The position numbers and the translations under genes were made by a program. Below the pieces are notes generated by a model. It worked only from the letters and a program-made list of their open reading frames with translations, was not told the origin of the DNA and did not search any database. Positions 1 through 11,066 of a stretch of 64,000 bases of DNA are shown here, piece after piece; within the stretch, counting starts at the first letter, position 1, and the number at the start of each line of letters is the position of its first letter. Origin of the DNA: Cyanophora paradoxa CCMP329 (lineage: Eukaryota > Plantae > Glaucophyta); assembly GCA_004431415.1 (NCBI GenBank), contig QPMI01000043.1:124001-188000 (forward strand), in the 5' to 3' direction.

Positions 1-44
1 CTGCATCGCCGCCCCTCGCGCTGACGGCCACCCTGCTCGGGCAG

Positions 45-719
45 ATCATCCGCCTGCGGGACAAGATCGGCGCCATCTCCAACGCCGTCAAGCGTGCCCT
101 GCCGCCCTCGCCGGGGGCGGCGGCGCCTGACGGCGGGCGGGCGGCAGGAGCGTGTTCGGGAAGGAGGTGCCGAAGGGCGAGGGCGCCATGGCCCGCCTCG
201 AGCGCTTCCAGGCCCGCATGCAGCGCCTCCAGGCCCGCACCGCCCCGCCCCACCCGCCCCGCGCCCTCCCGCGCCCCTCTGAGGTCCCTCCGGTCGGGCA
301 GAACCTCTTCCGGGACGGGTCGCAGTGCGAGTTCGTGGTCGTGTCGATCCCGACGGTCCTCGCCGCCTCCGAGTCCGAGCGCCTCGTCGCCGCCCTCCGC
401 CGCGAGGGCTTCGCCCTCCGCACCGCCGTCGTCAACCAGGCGCGCCCCGCCATCCAGGCCCCCGCGCCCGTCAGGCTGACTTGGTCGGCGGCGGCAGGTG
501 GTGCCTGCGGAGGAGCTCGAGGCGGGCGGAGCCGGGGCGGCGGCGGGGTTCGCGCAGCGCGTGGCGCGGCAGCACGCGCGGACGCTGGAGCACCTGCGGA
601 CGGACCCGGCGCTGGCGGGCCTGCAGGTGATCGCCGTCCCCTACTTTGACGCCGAGGTCCGCGGCGTCTACGGCCTCCGCTCCCTCGCCGCCGCCCTCCT
701 GCCCCCGCCCGCCCCGTAG
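45..719 (+). CDS. GET3: 3' part of host GET3/ArsA-family ATPase (organellar GET3b-like); exons 45-91, 148-232, 302-439, 498-719
   Basis: Spliced translation IIRLRDKIGAISNAVKSVFGKE..MARLERFQARMQRLQNLFRDGSQCEFVVVSIPTVLAASESERL..VVNQVVP..VPYFDAEVRGVYGLRSL* matches the recalled C-terminus of plant/algal GET3b (ELFRD..TEFVIVTIPTVMAVSESSRL..VNQ..EIRGVPAL). Three 56-69 bp GC-AG introns with CTGAC/CTGAG branch motifs. Confidence 0.85.
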
Positions 720-1136
720 CTCTAGCATATGTACAGTGCCCGCAGGCCGACTGCAGTGCTAGCCGCCGACCACTAGGCTCTAGCCCCAGCTTCAATACCA
801 AGCGCTCGGATGCGGAATCTTATTCTGTTTCCACAAAGTGTTGTCTACAAAGTTCTAGATCTAGAAGAGAGCTCAAGGGCTGCTTGTTGCACAATATAGA
901 TGATTCTGCACGTGCACGTGCACGTTGACAAAATGCAATTGTGGGACAGTATCACTGGGAGCCAGAAATTAAGTGAACTCGCCAGGGTGACTTTCGGGCT
1001 GCAGCGGTTACATTCTGCTGATTTCCCATATCCATGCATGCAGTTCTGTTTTTCCATGCATGCTGATATTACATGCATTTCACATCTTCCTTTCTAGCCT
1101 AGTAGTAGCTACTGCAAAGCTAGCTATAGCTACTGC

Positions 1137-2000
1137 CGCCTACGGGCCTAGCTATATATAGCGCTAGCCGGCAGCCCCGCTGCGCCTGCTTGCTCACCTT
1201 CGAGCAGCAAGGCCGCCGGCAGACCCCACTGCTTGCTCACCTTCAAGCAGCAGGGCCGGCCAAATAGCGCGCACGCTATCGAAAAGGAAGGGTGCACGGA
1301 CCTCTTCGATTCTTGATGAAAATGCTCTTGACAGCTCTGCGGGAGACAACACAGGCAGCGATCAGCTGCAGAACGACGAGAAAAAGGATAGAAAAGCGCA
1401 ATCAAACGCCTACGGGCCTAGCCGGCAGCCCCGCCTGCTCGCTCACCTTCGAGCAGCAAGGCCGCCGGCAGACCCCACTGCTTGCTCACCTTCAAGCAGC
1501 AGGGCCGGCCAAATAGCGCGCGCGCTATCGAAAAGGAAGGGTGCACGGACCTCTTCGATTCTTGATGAAAATGCTCTTGACAGCTCTGCGGGAGACAACA
1601 CAGGCAGCGATCAGCTGCAGAACGACGAGAAAAAGGATAGAAAAGCGCAATCAAACGCCTACGGGCCTAGCCGGCAGCCCCGCCTGCTCGCTCACCTTCG
1701 AGCAGCAAGGCCGCCGGCAGACCCCACTGCTTGCTCACCTTCAAGCAGCAGGGCCGGCCAAATAGCGCGCGCGCTATCGAAAAGGAAGGGTGCATGTGCA
1801 CGGACCTCTAGATCTTAGACTTCGATTCTCGATGAAAATGCTCTTGCTCTGCGGGAGACAACACAGGCAGCGGTCAGCTGCAGATTTAGGCGCAAGCAAA
1901 CACCTACGGGCCCAGCCGGCAGCCCCGCCTGCTCGCTCACCTTCGAGCATGATGAGCAGCAAGGCCGCGCGCCGGCATGCATATGCGCAGACCTCGGACA
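1137..2000. repeat. 249-bp tandem repeat (~3.5 copies, last degenerate)
   Basis: Identical ORFs at 1292 and 1541 (offset 249); unit start cgcctacgggcctag recurs near 1137, 1407 and 1656. Confidence 0.9.
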
Positions 2001-2369
2001 CCGGCTCACGGACCTCATCGGATGCATATAGACCTTCAAGCTTGCTTTAGATCTGCATGAGATGACAAACAAGCAGCGGTCAGACAGCAGTAGACGGCAG
2101 AAGCGCACCGACATTCAAACACCAACGTTCACGTTCATAAGCTTGGTGCCGCAATCACTCAAAGCTGTCGAAGTCGCTTATCACTGCTGATTCGTTTGGG
2201 GCTCTTCCGGAGCAGAAGCAGAGCCAGCACGTCGCCACGTCGGCCAGAACGAGAATGACACTAACGGAGTACCCCCCTCCACCCCCCCCCCCGCTGGGCC
2301 GCCATCACCTTCATCGATATCTCTTCGCCAGCTAAAAAGCGATGTCAATGCGCTTGGGTGGGCTCCTTA

Positions 2370-5300
2370 TTGTCATACGAAGGCCGCGAGCTGGCAGGCT
2401 CGCCAGCAGCGGCAAGGCGGCTCCGCTGCACTTCGGCGGGCTTGTTGCATCGAGGCCGAGCGCGGCCCGCGAGGTGCACTGAGCCTCATCGCTCCTCCGC
2501 CGCCCCGCCTGACTCGCGATCGTAAGTCGATGCAGGTCGCGAGCTTGCATGGCGGGTTTGGAGGCGGGCGCGGCTGCGCTGCTCTGCGCCGGGCCTGTTG
2601 CTTCGAGGCCGGGCGCGCTCGCGAGGTGCATGAAGCCTCATCGCTGCGCCGCGCGCCCGGCTCGCCTGGCCCTTAACTCGATGCAGGTCGCGTGCTGGCG
2701 TGCTTGAGGGCGGGCGGGGCTCCGTTTCGCTGCTGCAGACCTGTTGCTTCGAGGCCGGGCGCGCTCCGCGAGGTGCACTGAGCCTCTTCGCTGTGCCGCC
2801 GGCCCGCCCGGCTCAAGAATCGTCGCAGTTCGCGTGCTGGCGGGCTTGAGGGCGGGCACGGCTCCGTTTCACTGCGCCGGGCCTGTTTCTTCGAGGCCGG
2901 GCGCGCTCCGCGAGGTGCACTGAGCCTCTTCGCTGCGCCGCCGGCCCGCCCGGCTCAGAATTCGTCGCAGGTCGCGTGCTGGCGGGCTTGAGGGCGGGCG
3001 GGGCTCCGTTTCGCTGCTGCAGACCTGTTGCTTCGAGGCCGGGCGCGCTCCGCGAGGTGCACTGAGCCTCTTCGCTGCGCTGCCAGCCGGCCCGGCTCAA
3101 GAATCGTCGCAGGTCGCGTGCTGGCGTGCTTGAGGGCGGGCGGGGCTCCGTTTCGCTGCTGCAGACCTGTTGCTTCGAGGCCGGGCGCGCTCCGCGAGGT
3201 GCACTGAGCCTCTTCGCTGTGCCGCCGGCCCGCCCGGCTCAAGAATCGTCGCAGTTCGCGTGCTGGCGGGCTTGAGGGCGGGCACGGCTCCGTTTCACTG
3301 CGCCGGGCCTGTTTCTTCGAGGCCGGGCGCGCTCCGCGAGGTGCACTGAGCCTCTTCGCTGCGCCGCCGGCCGGCCCGGCTCAAGAATCGTCGCAGGTCG
3401 CGTGCTGGCGGGCTTGAGGGCGGGCGGGGCTCCGTTTCGCTGCTGCAGACCTGTTGCTTCGAGGCCGGGCGCGCTCCGCGAGGTGCACTGAGCCTCTTTG
3501 CTGCGCCGCCGGCCCGCCCGGCTTAAGAATCGTCGCAGGTCGCGTGCTGGCGGGCTTGAGGGCGGGCGGGGCTCCGTTTCACTGCGCCGGGCCTGTTTCT
3601 TCGAGGGTGAGCGCGGCCCGCGAGGTGCACTGAGCCTCTTCGCTGCGCCGCCGGCCGGCCCGGCTCAAGAATCGTCGCAGGTCGCGTGCTGGCGGGCTTG
3701 AGGGCGGGCGGGGCTCCGTTTCGCTGCTGCAGACCTGTTGCTTCGAGGCCGGGCGCGCTCCGCGAGGTGCACTGAGCCTCTTCGCTGCGCCGCCGGCCCG
3801 CCCGGCTCAAGAATCGTCGCAGGTCGCGTGCTGGCGGGCTTGAGGGCGGGCGGGGCTCCGTTTCGCTGCTGCAGACCTGTTGCTTCGAGGCCGGGCGCGC
3901 TCCGCGAGGTGCACTGAGCCTCTTCGCTGCGCCGCCGGCCCGCCCGGCTCAAGAATCGTCGCAGGTCGCGTGCTGGCGGGCTTGAGGGCGGGCGGGGCTC
4001 CGTTTCGCTGCTGCAGACCTGTTGCTTCGAGGCCGGGCGCGCTCCGCGAGGTGCACTGAGCCTCTTCGCTGCGCCGCCGGCCGGCCCGGCTCAAGAATCG
4101 TCGCAGGTCGCGTGCTGGCGGGCTTGAGGGCGGGCGGGGCTCCGTTTCGCTGCTGCAGACCTGTTGCTTCGAGGCCGGGCGCGCTCTGCGAGGTGCACTG
4201 AGCCTCTTCGCTGCGCCGCCGGCCCGCCCGGATTAAGAATCGTCGCAGGTCGCGTGCTGGCGGGCTTGAGGGCGGGCGGGGCTCCGTTTCACTGCGCCGG
4301 ACCTGTTTCTTCGAGGCCGGGCGCGCTCCGCGAGGTGCACTGAGCCTCTTCGCTGCGCCGCCGGCCGGCCCGGCTCAAGAATCGTCGCAGGTCGCGTGCT
4401 GGCGGGCTTGAGGGCGGGCGGGGCTCCGTTTCGCTGCTGCAGACCTGTTGCTTCGAGGCCGGGCGCGCTCCGCGAGGTTTACTGAGCCTCTTCGCTGTGC
4501 CGCCGGCCGGCATGGCTCAAGAATCGTCGCAGGTCGCGTGCTGGCGGGCTTGAGGGCGGGCGGGGCTCCGTTTCACTGCGCCGGGCCTGTTTCTTCGAGG
4601 CCGGGCGCGCTCTGCGAGGTGCACTGAGCCTCTTCGCTGCGCCGCCGGCCGGCCCGGCTCAAGAATCGTCGCAGGTCGCGTGCTGGCGGGCTTGAGGGCG
4701 GGCGGGGCTCCGTTTCGCTGCTGCAGACCTGTTGCTTCGAGGCCGGGCGCGCTCCGCGAGGTGCACTGAGCCTCTTCGCTGCGCCGCCGGCCCGCCCGGC
4801 TCAAGAATTCGTCGCAGGTCGCGTGCTGGCGGGCTTGAGGGCGGGCGGGGCTCCGTTTCGCTGCTGCAGACCTGTTGCTTCGAGGCCGGGCGCGCTCCGC
4901 GAGGTGCACTGAGCCTCTTCGCTGTGCCGCCGGCCCGCCCGGCTCAAGAATCGTCGCAGGTCGCGTGCTGGCGGGCTTGAGGGCGGGCGGGGCTCCGTTT
5001 CGCTGCTGCAGACCTGTTGCTTCGAGGCCGGGCGCGCTCCGCGAGGTGCACTGAGCCTCTTCGCTGCGCCGCCGGCCGGCCCGGCTCAAGAATCGTCGCA
5101 GGTCGCGTGCTGGCGGGCTTGAGGCCGGGCGGGGCTCCGTTTCGCTGCTGCAGACCTGTTGCTTCGAGGCCGGGCGCACTCCGCGAGGTTCACTGAGCCT
5201 CTTTGCTGCGCCGCCGGCCCGCCCGGCTCAAGAATCGTCGCAGGTCGCGTGCTGGCGGGCTTGAGGGCGGGCGGGGCTCCGTTTCACTGCGCCGGGCCTG

Positions 5301-5975
5301 TTGCTTCGAGGCCGGGCGCGCTCCGCGAGGTGCACTGAGCCTCTTCGTTGCGCCGCCGGCCGGCCCGGCTCAAGAATCGTCGCAGGTCGCGTGCTGGCGG
5401 GCTTGAGGGCGGGCGGGGCTCCGTTTCGCTGCTGCAGACCTGTTGCTTCGAGGCCGGGCGCGCCCCGCGAGGTGCACTGAGCCTCTTTGCTGCGCCGCCG
5501 GCCCGCCCGGCTCAAGATCGTCGCAGGTCGCGTGCTGGTGGGCTTGAGGGCGGGCGGGGCTCCGTTTCGCTGCTGCAGACCTGTTGCTTCGAGGCCGGGC
5601 GCGCTCCGCGAGGTGCACTGAGCCTCTTCCCTGCGCCGCTGGCCCGCCCGGCTCAAGAATCGTCGCAGGTCGCGTGCTGGCGGGCTTGAGGGCGGGCGGG
5701 GCTCCGTTTCGCTGCTGCAGACCTGTTGCTTCGAGGCCGGGCGCGCTCTGCGAGGTGCACTGAGCCTCTTTGCTGCGCCGCCGGCCGGCATGGCTCAAGA
5801 ATCGTTGCAAGTCGCGTGCTGGCGGGCTTGAGGGCGGGCGGGGCTCCGTTTCGCTGCTGCAGACCTGTTGCTTCGAGGCCGGGCGCGCTCCGCGAGGTGC
5901 ACTGAGCCTCTTCGCTGCGCCGCCGGCCCGCCCGGCTCAAGAATTCGTCGCACTGCGGCAGGTCGCGTGCTGGTG
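2370..5975. repeat. 142-bp GC-rich satellite array (~23 well-conserved copies plus degenerate edges)
   Basis: Unit ctcaagaatcgtcgcaggtcgcgtgctggcgggcttgagggcgggcggggctccgtttc... repeats with 142-bp period (ORFs at 2813/2955/3097, 3523/3665/3807); two internal variants. Confidence 0.97.
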
Positions 5976-6931
5976 GGCCCGGTCTTATTGCAATTCTCAT
6001 TTCAAGTTTTTTGAATCAAATCAAATCAGCAAGAGTATATGAGATCACTTAGAGAAGTTTAGATCAGTCGTAGCCGAGGCCGGGAGCAGATAAGGGCTTC
6101 ATCTCTTCATAGCTATAGAGAATACGTATACGAGCACTCTGGGTCCGTCACAGCCACTAGTACTGAGCTAGCTAGCGCTCAGCGGCTTCATGATTGGGGT
6201 CTTGGAACTTCAAGGCTTCGAGGCTCTGAGGCCTCTGAGGCTTCAAGTGCAGCTGAGGCTTCATGATAATTATATATAATGACGGGGTCACTGATCATGA
6301 GTTAGTGAGCCTCGATCGGAGGGAGCTTCTGAGCAGCGGAGCCCTTAAAGGCCCTGAGGCGATCATGACGGGCTCACGAGCATCATGCTCATGATCAGGC
6401 CCTGAGGACCTGGCGGCTAGGTTAGGCTGGAGGTTACGACTTCACTGATGATGATCATGATGTCTCTGGGCTTTGAGGTCCTGAGGCTTCAGGATCATCG
6501 CGATATGACCGGATCACTGTGTCAGCAACTTGGCAAGCCTCGGAGAAAGCTTCTGAGCCCTTGAAACTTGAAAGCTTCTGAGCCCTTGACTCAGTGAAAA
6601 CTTCTCAGCCCTCACAGGGCCTGTGGCCTTCATGACGGGCTCATAATCATGAGCATCATCATCATGATCAGGCCCGGCGGCCAGGAGGACCTCGCGGCTA
6701 GCTATAGGATAGGCTGGAGGTTACGGCTTCACTGCTTCATGATCATGATGCCGTTGGGCTTTGAGGCCCTGAGGCCTCATGATCATGAGCCACAGAAGAA
6801 GCTTCCGAGTTCTGAGCCGCTGAGCCCTCAGAGGCCCTGAGGCTTCGACACGGGCTCATCATGGCATAAGCATCATTCGAGGCCCCGCAGCTGATTAATA
6901 TTGCATGACGGGGAACCTAACCTAGCAGCTA

Positions 6932-7203
6932 GCAGCTAGCATCGCTCGAAAAGAGCTATCCGCAGAAGCATTAAGATGGAGACTGGGCCGCGGACCTGCA
7001 GAGCCCGCCGTGCTATTTGTGGCCGGAAAGTCGATGCTGGAGATTGAGCTCCTCGCATCATGGGCACGCTTATCAATAGCGCCAGTTTCGAAAATCGGCC
7101 TGCAGCTAGCATCGTTCGAAAAGAACTGTCCGCAGAAGCATTAAGATGGAGACTGGGCCGCGGACCTGCAGAGCCCGCCGTGCTATTTGTGGCCGGAAAG
7201 TCG
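6932..7203 (+). repeat. Local ~100-bp direct duplication (period ~170 bp)
   Basis: gcagctagcatcg..ccgcagaagcattaagatggagactgggccgcggacctgcagagcccgccgtgctatttgtggccggaaagtcg at ~6932 and ~7102. Confidence 0.85.
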
Positions 7204-7204
7204 G

Positions 7205-7431
7205 AACGATCGCCACGTTGCAAAGATTCCGAAGTTCATTTCAATGTGCGCGATCCCGTGCACGCCCCTGCCTGTGTGGGCACTGCGCTGGTACCGACGC
7301 GGGCCCCGCTGGCCCCACGCGGGCCCCGCACTGTCCGCTGTAAATATGAATGGCTCGCATCATTACTTGAAGATTTTTCCATGCATGGCTTGGCTCGGCC
7401 TCCGCCGGATCCGTTCCGCAGGAAACAAAGC
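7205..7431 (+). repeat. Dispersed host repeat, copy 1 (~227 bp)
   Basis: Near-identical to 9692-9919; degenerate partial copy at ~41190-41300. Confidence 0.85.
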
Positions 7432-9691
7432 TCATGAGCAGGCACCCGAGCGCCGGCGTTGCATCAAGAGCTTCAAGGCTTATTGCAAGGGGGGAAAGAA
7501 GACCGAAGGTCTTCCCCCCTTGCTTCCCGTTCCCTCGCTTCAGCCAAAATTTCTTCTATGAGGCCGTTTTCGAGGTCCAGTTTGCAACGCGGGAAAAAAA
7601 TGGGCCGAAATTCGGTTGCAGCGACACGTGTTTGTCGCTGCGGCCGTCCATGCAAAAAAAGGTTTTCGAGGGCGAAGACCAGTTTTCCTTGACTTGAAGC
7701 CTGGAAACCAACTTCTCTCTCATTCCGATCTTCGAATTCCTTAAGCTTCCGCGGTTCTAGCGAAGACCAGTTTTCCTCGACTTGAAGCCTGGAAACCAAC
7801 TTCTCTCTCATTCCCGTCTTCGAATTCCTTCCGCGGTTCTGCATGGAACCAGTTCTCCCTATAGCTAGCTGTCTCCTGTAGATTTCGGCTTCCTCGCAGT
7901 GCGTCGCGTACGCCTTGCTCTTCGTTGCGCGGTTCTGCATGGAACCACTTCTCCCTAGCTGTCTTGCTCGATCTCCTCTAGATTTCCACTTCCTCGCACT
8001 GCGCCGCGTACGCCGCACGGAATTTCTTAAAACTTCCGAAGTTCTCCCTAGCTGTCTTGCTCGATCTCCTCTGGATTTCCACTTCCTCGCAGTGCGCCGC
8101 GTACGCCGCACGGTACCCGTGCCGCCTGATCTACTTTTGACTGCATTAAGCTTGCACCGCAGCACGTGCACCGAAGCACGCGCAGCCCGTGGGCCGGATT
8201 GGCCCGTACCGCGTAGCTTTTCCTCGCGATCCAGCCTCTGCTCGCAGCCGCATCGCTGCGCCGACCTCGTTGGCGCCCCGGCCGCTGTCCCTTCGCGCCG
8301 GGCGGTCTTGCGAGCTGACCAGCTCTTGCGAGCGGATCAGCGGCAAACCGATCGCGAGCGTTCGAGTTGCGAATAACAAAGAGCGGCGCGTGTGCAGCTG
8401 CAGCGCGTGAACAGTGAGTAAGCGAGATCATTGCGTGCACGAGAATCCGGGCGTGAACTGATCATGAGCTTCGGCACTGAGCTTACTAAGTTAACGTTAG
8501 TGCTCCCGCCGGACGGATACCGGCACGCCGCGTCCAGCTGGCCGTCAGGAGCGGCCCCCGACGTCGGCGGTCTCGTGTCCGTGCTCGGAGCGGCTGAGAA
8601 GCCGCTGCTCATCCTCGCCGAGTCGTCCGCGAGCTCCCCGACCGGGCTGGCTTCCCCCCCACGCGCGAGCAAGCCGTCGCCTTCGCTTTAGCGACCGTCG
8701 AAGTTAAGCACTCGCGGCTGCACGGCAGGATAGCTTCGTCGTTCGCTTTGTCGGGTGCGTGAAGATTCATTGAAGTGGACCGCCCATAGCTCACCTCTGT
8801 TTATAATTGCCACGGCAGGCCTGCGATCGAGGACCTCCAAATGGGAGTCCTCAACCGCCTCCGTGACGCCGGCCTCGCGGATATCGAAATTCAAGACCTT
8901 GTCTACCAGATGCGCAGCGGGAGCGAGCAGCGCGCCAGCCGCGTGGCTCTGCGGGCGCTCGAAGCGGCGGGCCGCCTCACCATGCTCTCGCAAGACGGCT
9001 CTCTTCAGGACCGCCGCCGCTGGCTGCCGCTCACCCCATGGGCGACTTCCGCCTCGACCCGCTCCAGAAGGCCTGGATCGCCTATGTTTACGGCGAGCCC
9101 TCTGCAGACAACACCATCATCTTTTAGCCAGCTGTTCAGGGTTAGGGGTAGGCCGCGCGAACACAAATGATGCGCAGCGTTTTTCCGCTCCAGACCAGTC
9201 TTTCATATACAGTGCGCTGAATCTGGCCTTTCATTCAGGCTTTTCTTTATTCGGTTAGATCGCAGCGTCTGCATATCAGCCCTTTTCTACTCTTTTCAAT
9301 CATATATAATCTGTGTCTATCTTTACTATATATATATAGCTACTTCAACCTGCCGCGCGCGCTGGGCCGGGGTCGATCTACATCTGCCCCGTGCATGTTC
9401 GTGCCACTACTACTCTTTCATTACATCCCGATTCCCCCCTTGCACCCCCGGCGCGCCAAAACGCGGCCGGGCCACTAGTAAAATTATAATTACGATCTAC
9501 TATTACGTTCGAATTCGCAATGGCGACCTGGCCATGGGCCAGCGATGAGCCGTGGTAATATTAATGCCACCATTGGTCATGAGTCGCAGTCCTGCACAAC
9601 TGGCCTCCGAATTCGGAATTCGGAATTCGAATTCGAAAGTCGTTATCGATTCTTGAGCTTCACCAAATCTCATCATGAGCATAAGCTCTTT

Positions 9692-9919
9692 AACGATCGC
9701 CACGTTGCAAAGATTCCGAAGTTCATTTCAATGTGCGCGATCCCGTGCACGCCCCGGCCTGTGTGGGCACTGCGCTGGTACCGACGCGGGCCCCGCTGGC
9801 CCCACGCGGGCCCCGCACTGTCCGCTGTAAATATGAGTGGTTCGCATCATTACTTGAAGATTTTTCCATGCATAGCTTGGCTCGGCCTCCGCCGGATCCG
9901 TTCCGCATGAAACAAAGCT
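9692..9919 (+). repeat. Dispersed host repeat, copy 2
   Basis: aacgatcgccacgttgcaaagattccgaag...acaaagct shared with 7205-7431. Confidence 0.85.
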
Positions 9920-10083
9920 TTTAATCAGCTGCGCATGCAGGGAGCCGCGCGCCGGCGTGCCGGCGTCCGGATCCGGTCCCAGCTCTCTCCGAGGCTCAGA
10001 ACAACATTGCGCAACGATATCAAAGCCACGTACGTGCACATGCGCGTTCTTTCTGGCTTGTAGACAGAGGGGAGAAAGGAGAG

Positions 10084-10306
<223 letters not shown>

Positions 10307-11060
10307 AGACACCCGCTCACGCGGGGAAGGCCCCCCCCCCTCCCCCCACCCCTTCCCACACATCCAGATTCCTTCGAGTTATCCAGATCTAATTATAAGG
10401 GGAAGAACATCGATTTAAATCAGTACACAGCCTCAATAAAAGATCAAGGTGGATCGATATCTAAGTAGATCTAGAGAGCTGCCAGGCTGGACCAAAGCAG
10501 GCGGATCTGAGAGCTGGACCAAAGCAGGCGGATCTAGAACTAGAAAGGCATGTGTAGCATCGATTTTTCGGTTCAGACTGCATGTCGGAGGCTTGTCGTG
10601 CGCGTATAGTATGTTAAATTTCATATAAGCATCGAAGAAACATACACTTCCCAGCGCTAGAGTACGTAGCGATCTTGAGCATCCGCTGCGCATGCATCGC
10701 TCGCAGTGCTTGCTCGCAATTTTCGTGAGCCTAGTACTAGTGAGAGCTGCTGAGGCCGGGCGTCTTCGAATTCAAACCATGCATCGATATCGCTAGATAA
10801 ACATCACAAGAGCGTGCAGAAATATTCCTGAGAGCTGGAGCAGCGGAGGCGCATCGAGAATTAGAAAGGCATGTGTAGGATCGATTTTCCGGTTCAGACT
10901 GGATTTCGGAGGCTTCTCGCGCGCGTGTAGCATGCTGAAGTTCAAGGCACGGGTGTGCGGAAAGGTTCAAGGGCGTGTCCAGGATCAAATTCGACTGCAG
11001 CCCCGGTTCCCGGGGTCCGGCGCGTGCCTGGAGCATGCGAAACGCTTAGTTTACATCCAA

Positions 11061-11066
11061 CATACA
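11061..11066 (+). other. Target-site duplication CATACA (left copy; right copy 39982-39987)
   Basis: Same hexamer immediately outside both TIRs; 6-bp TSDs are typical of Polinton rve integrases. Confidence 0.95.

Noticed and set aside
88-801. 237-aa minus-strand ORF and other overlapping ORFs
   Set aside because: Shadow frames of the GC-rich spliced GET3 gene.
2332-6042. Many 95-220 aa ORFs in the GC-rich array; possible CRISPR array
   Set aside because: Translations of a 142-bp satellite; units are contiguous with no unique spacers and no cas genes.
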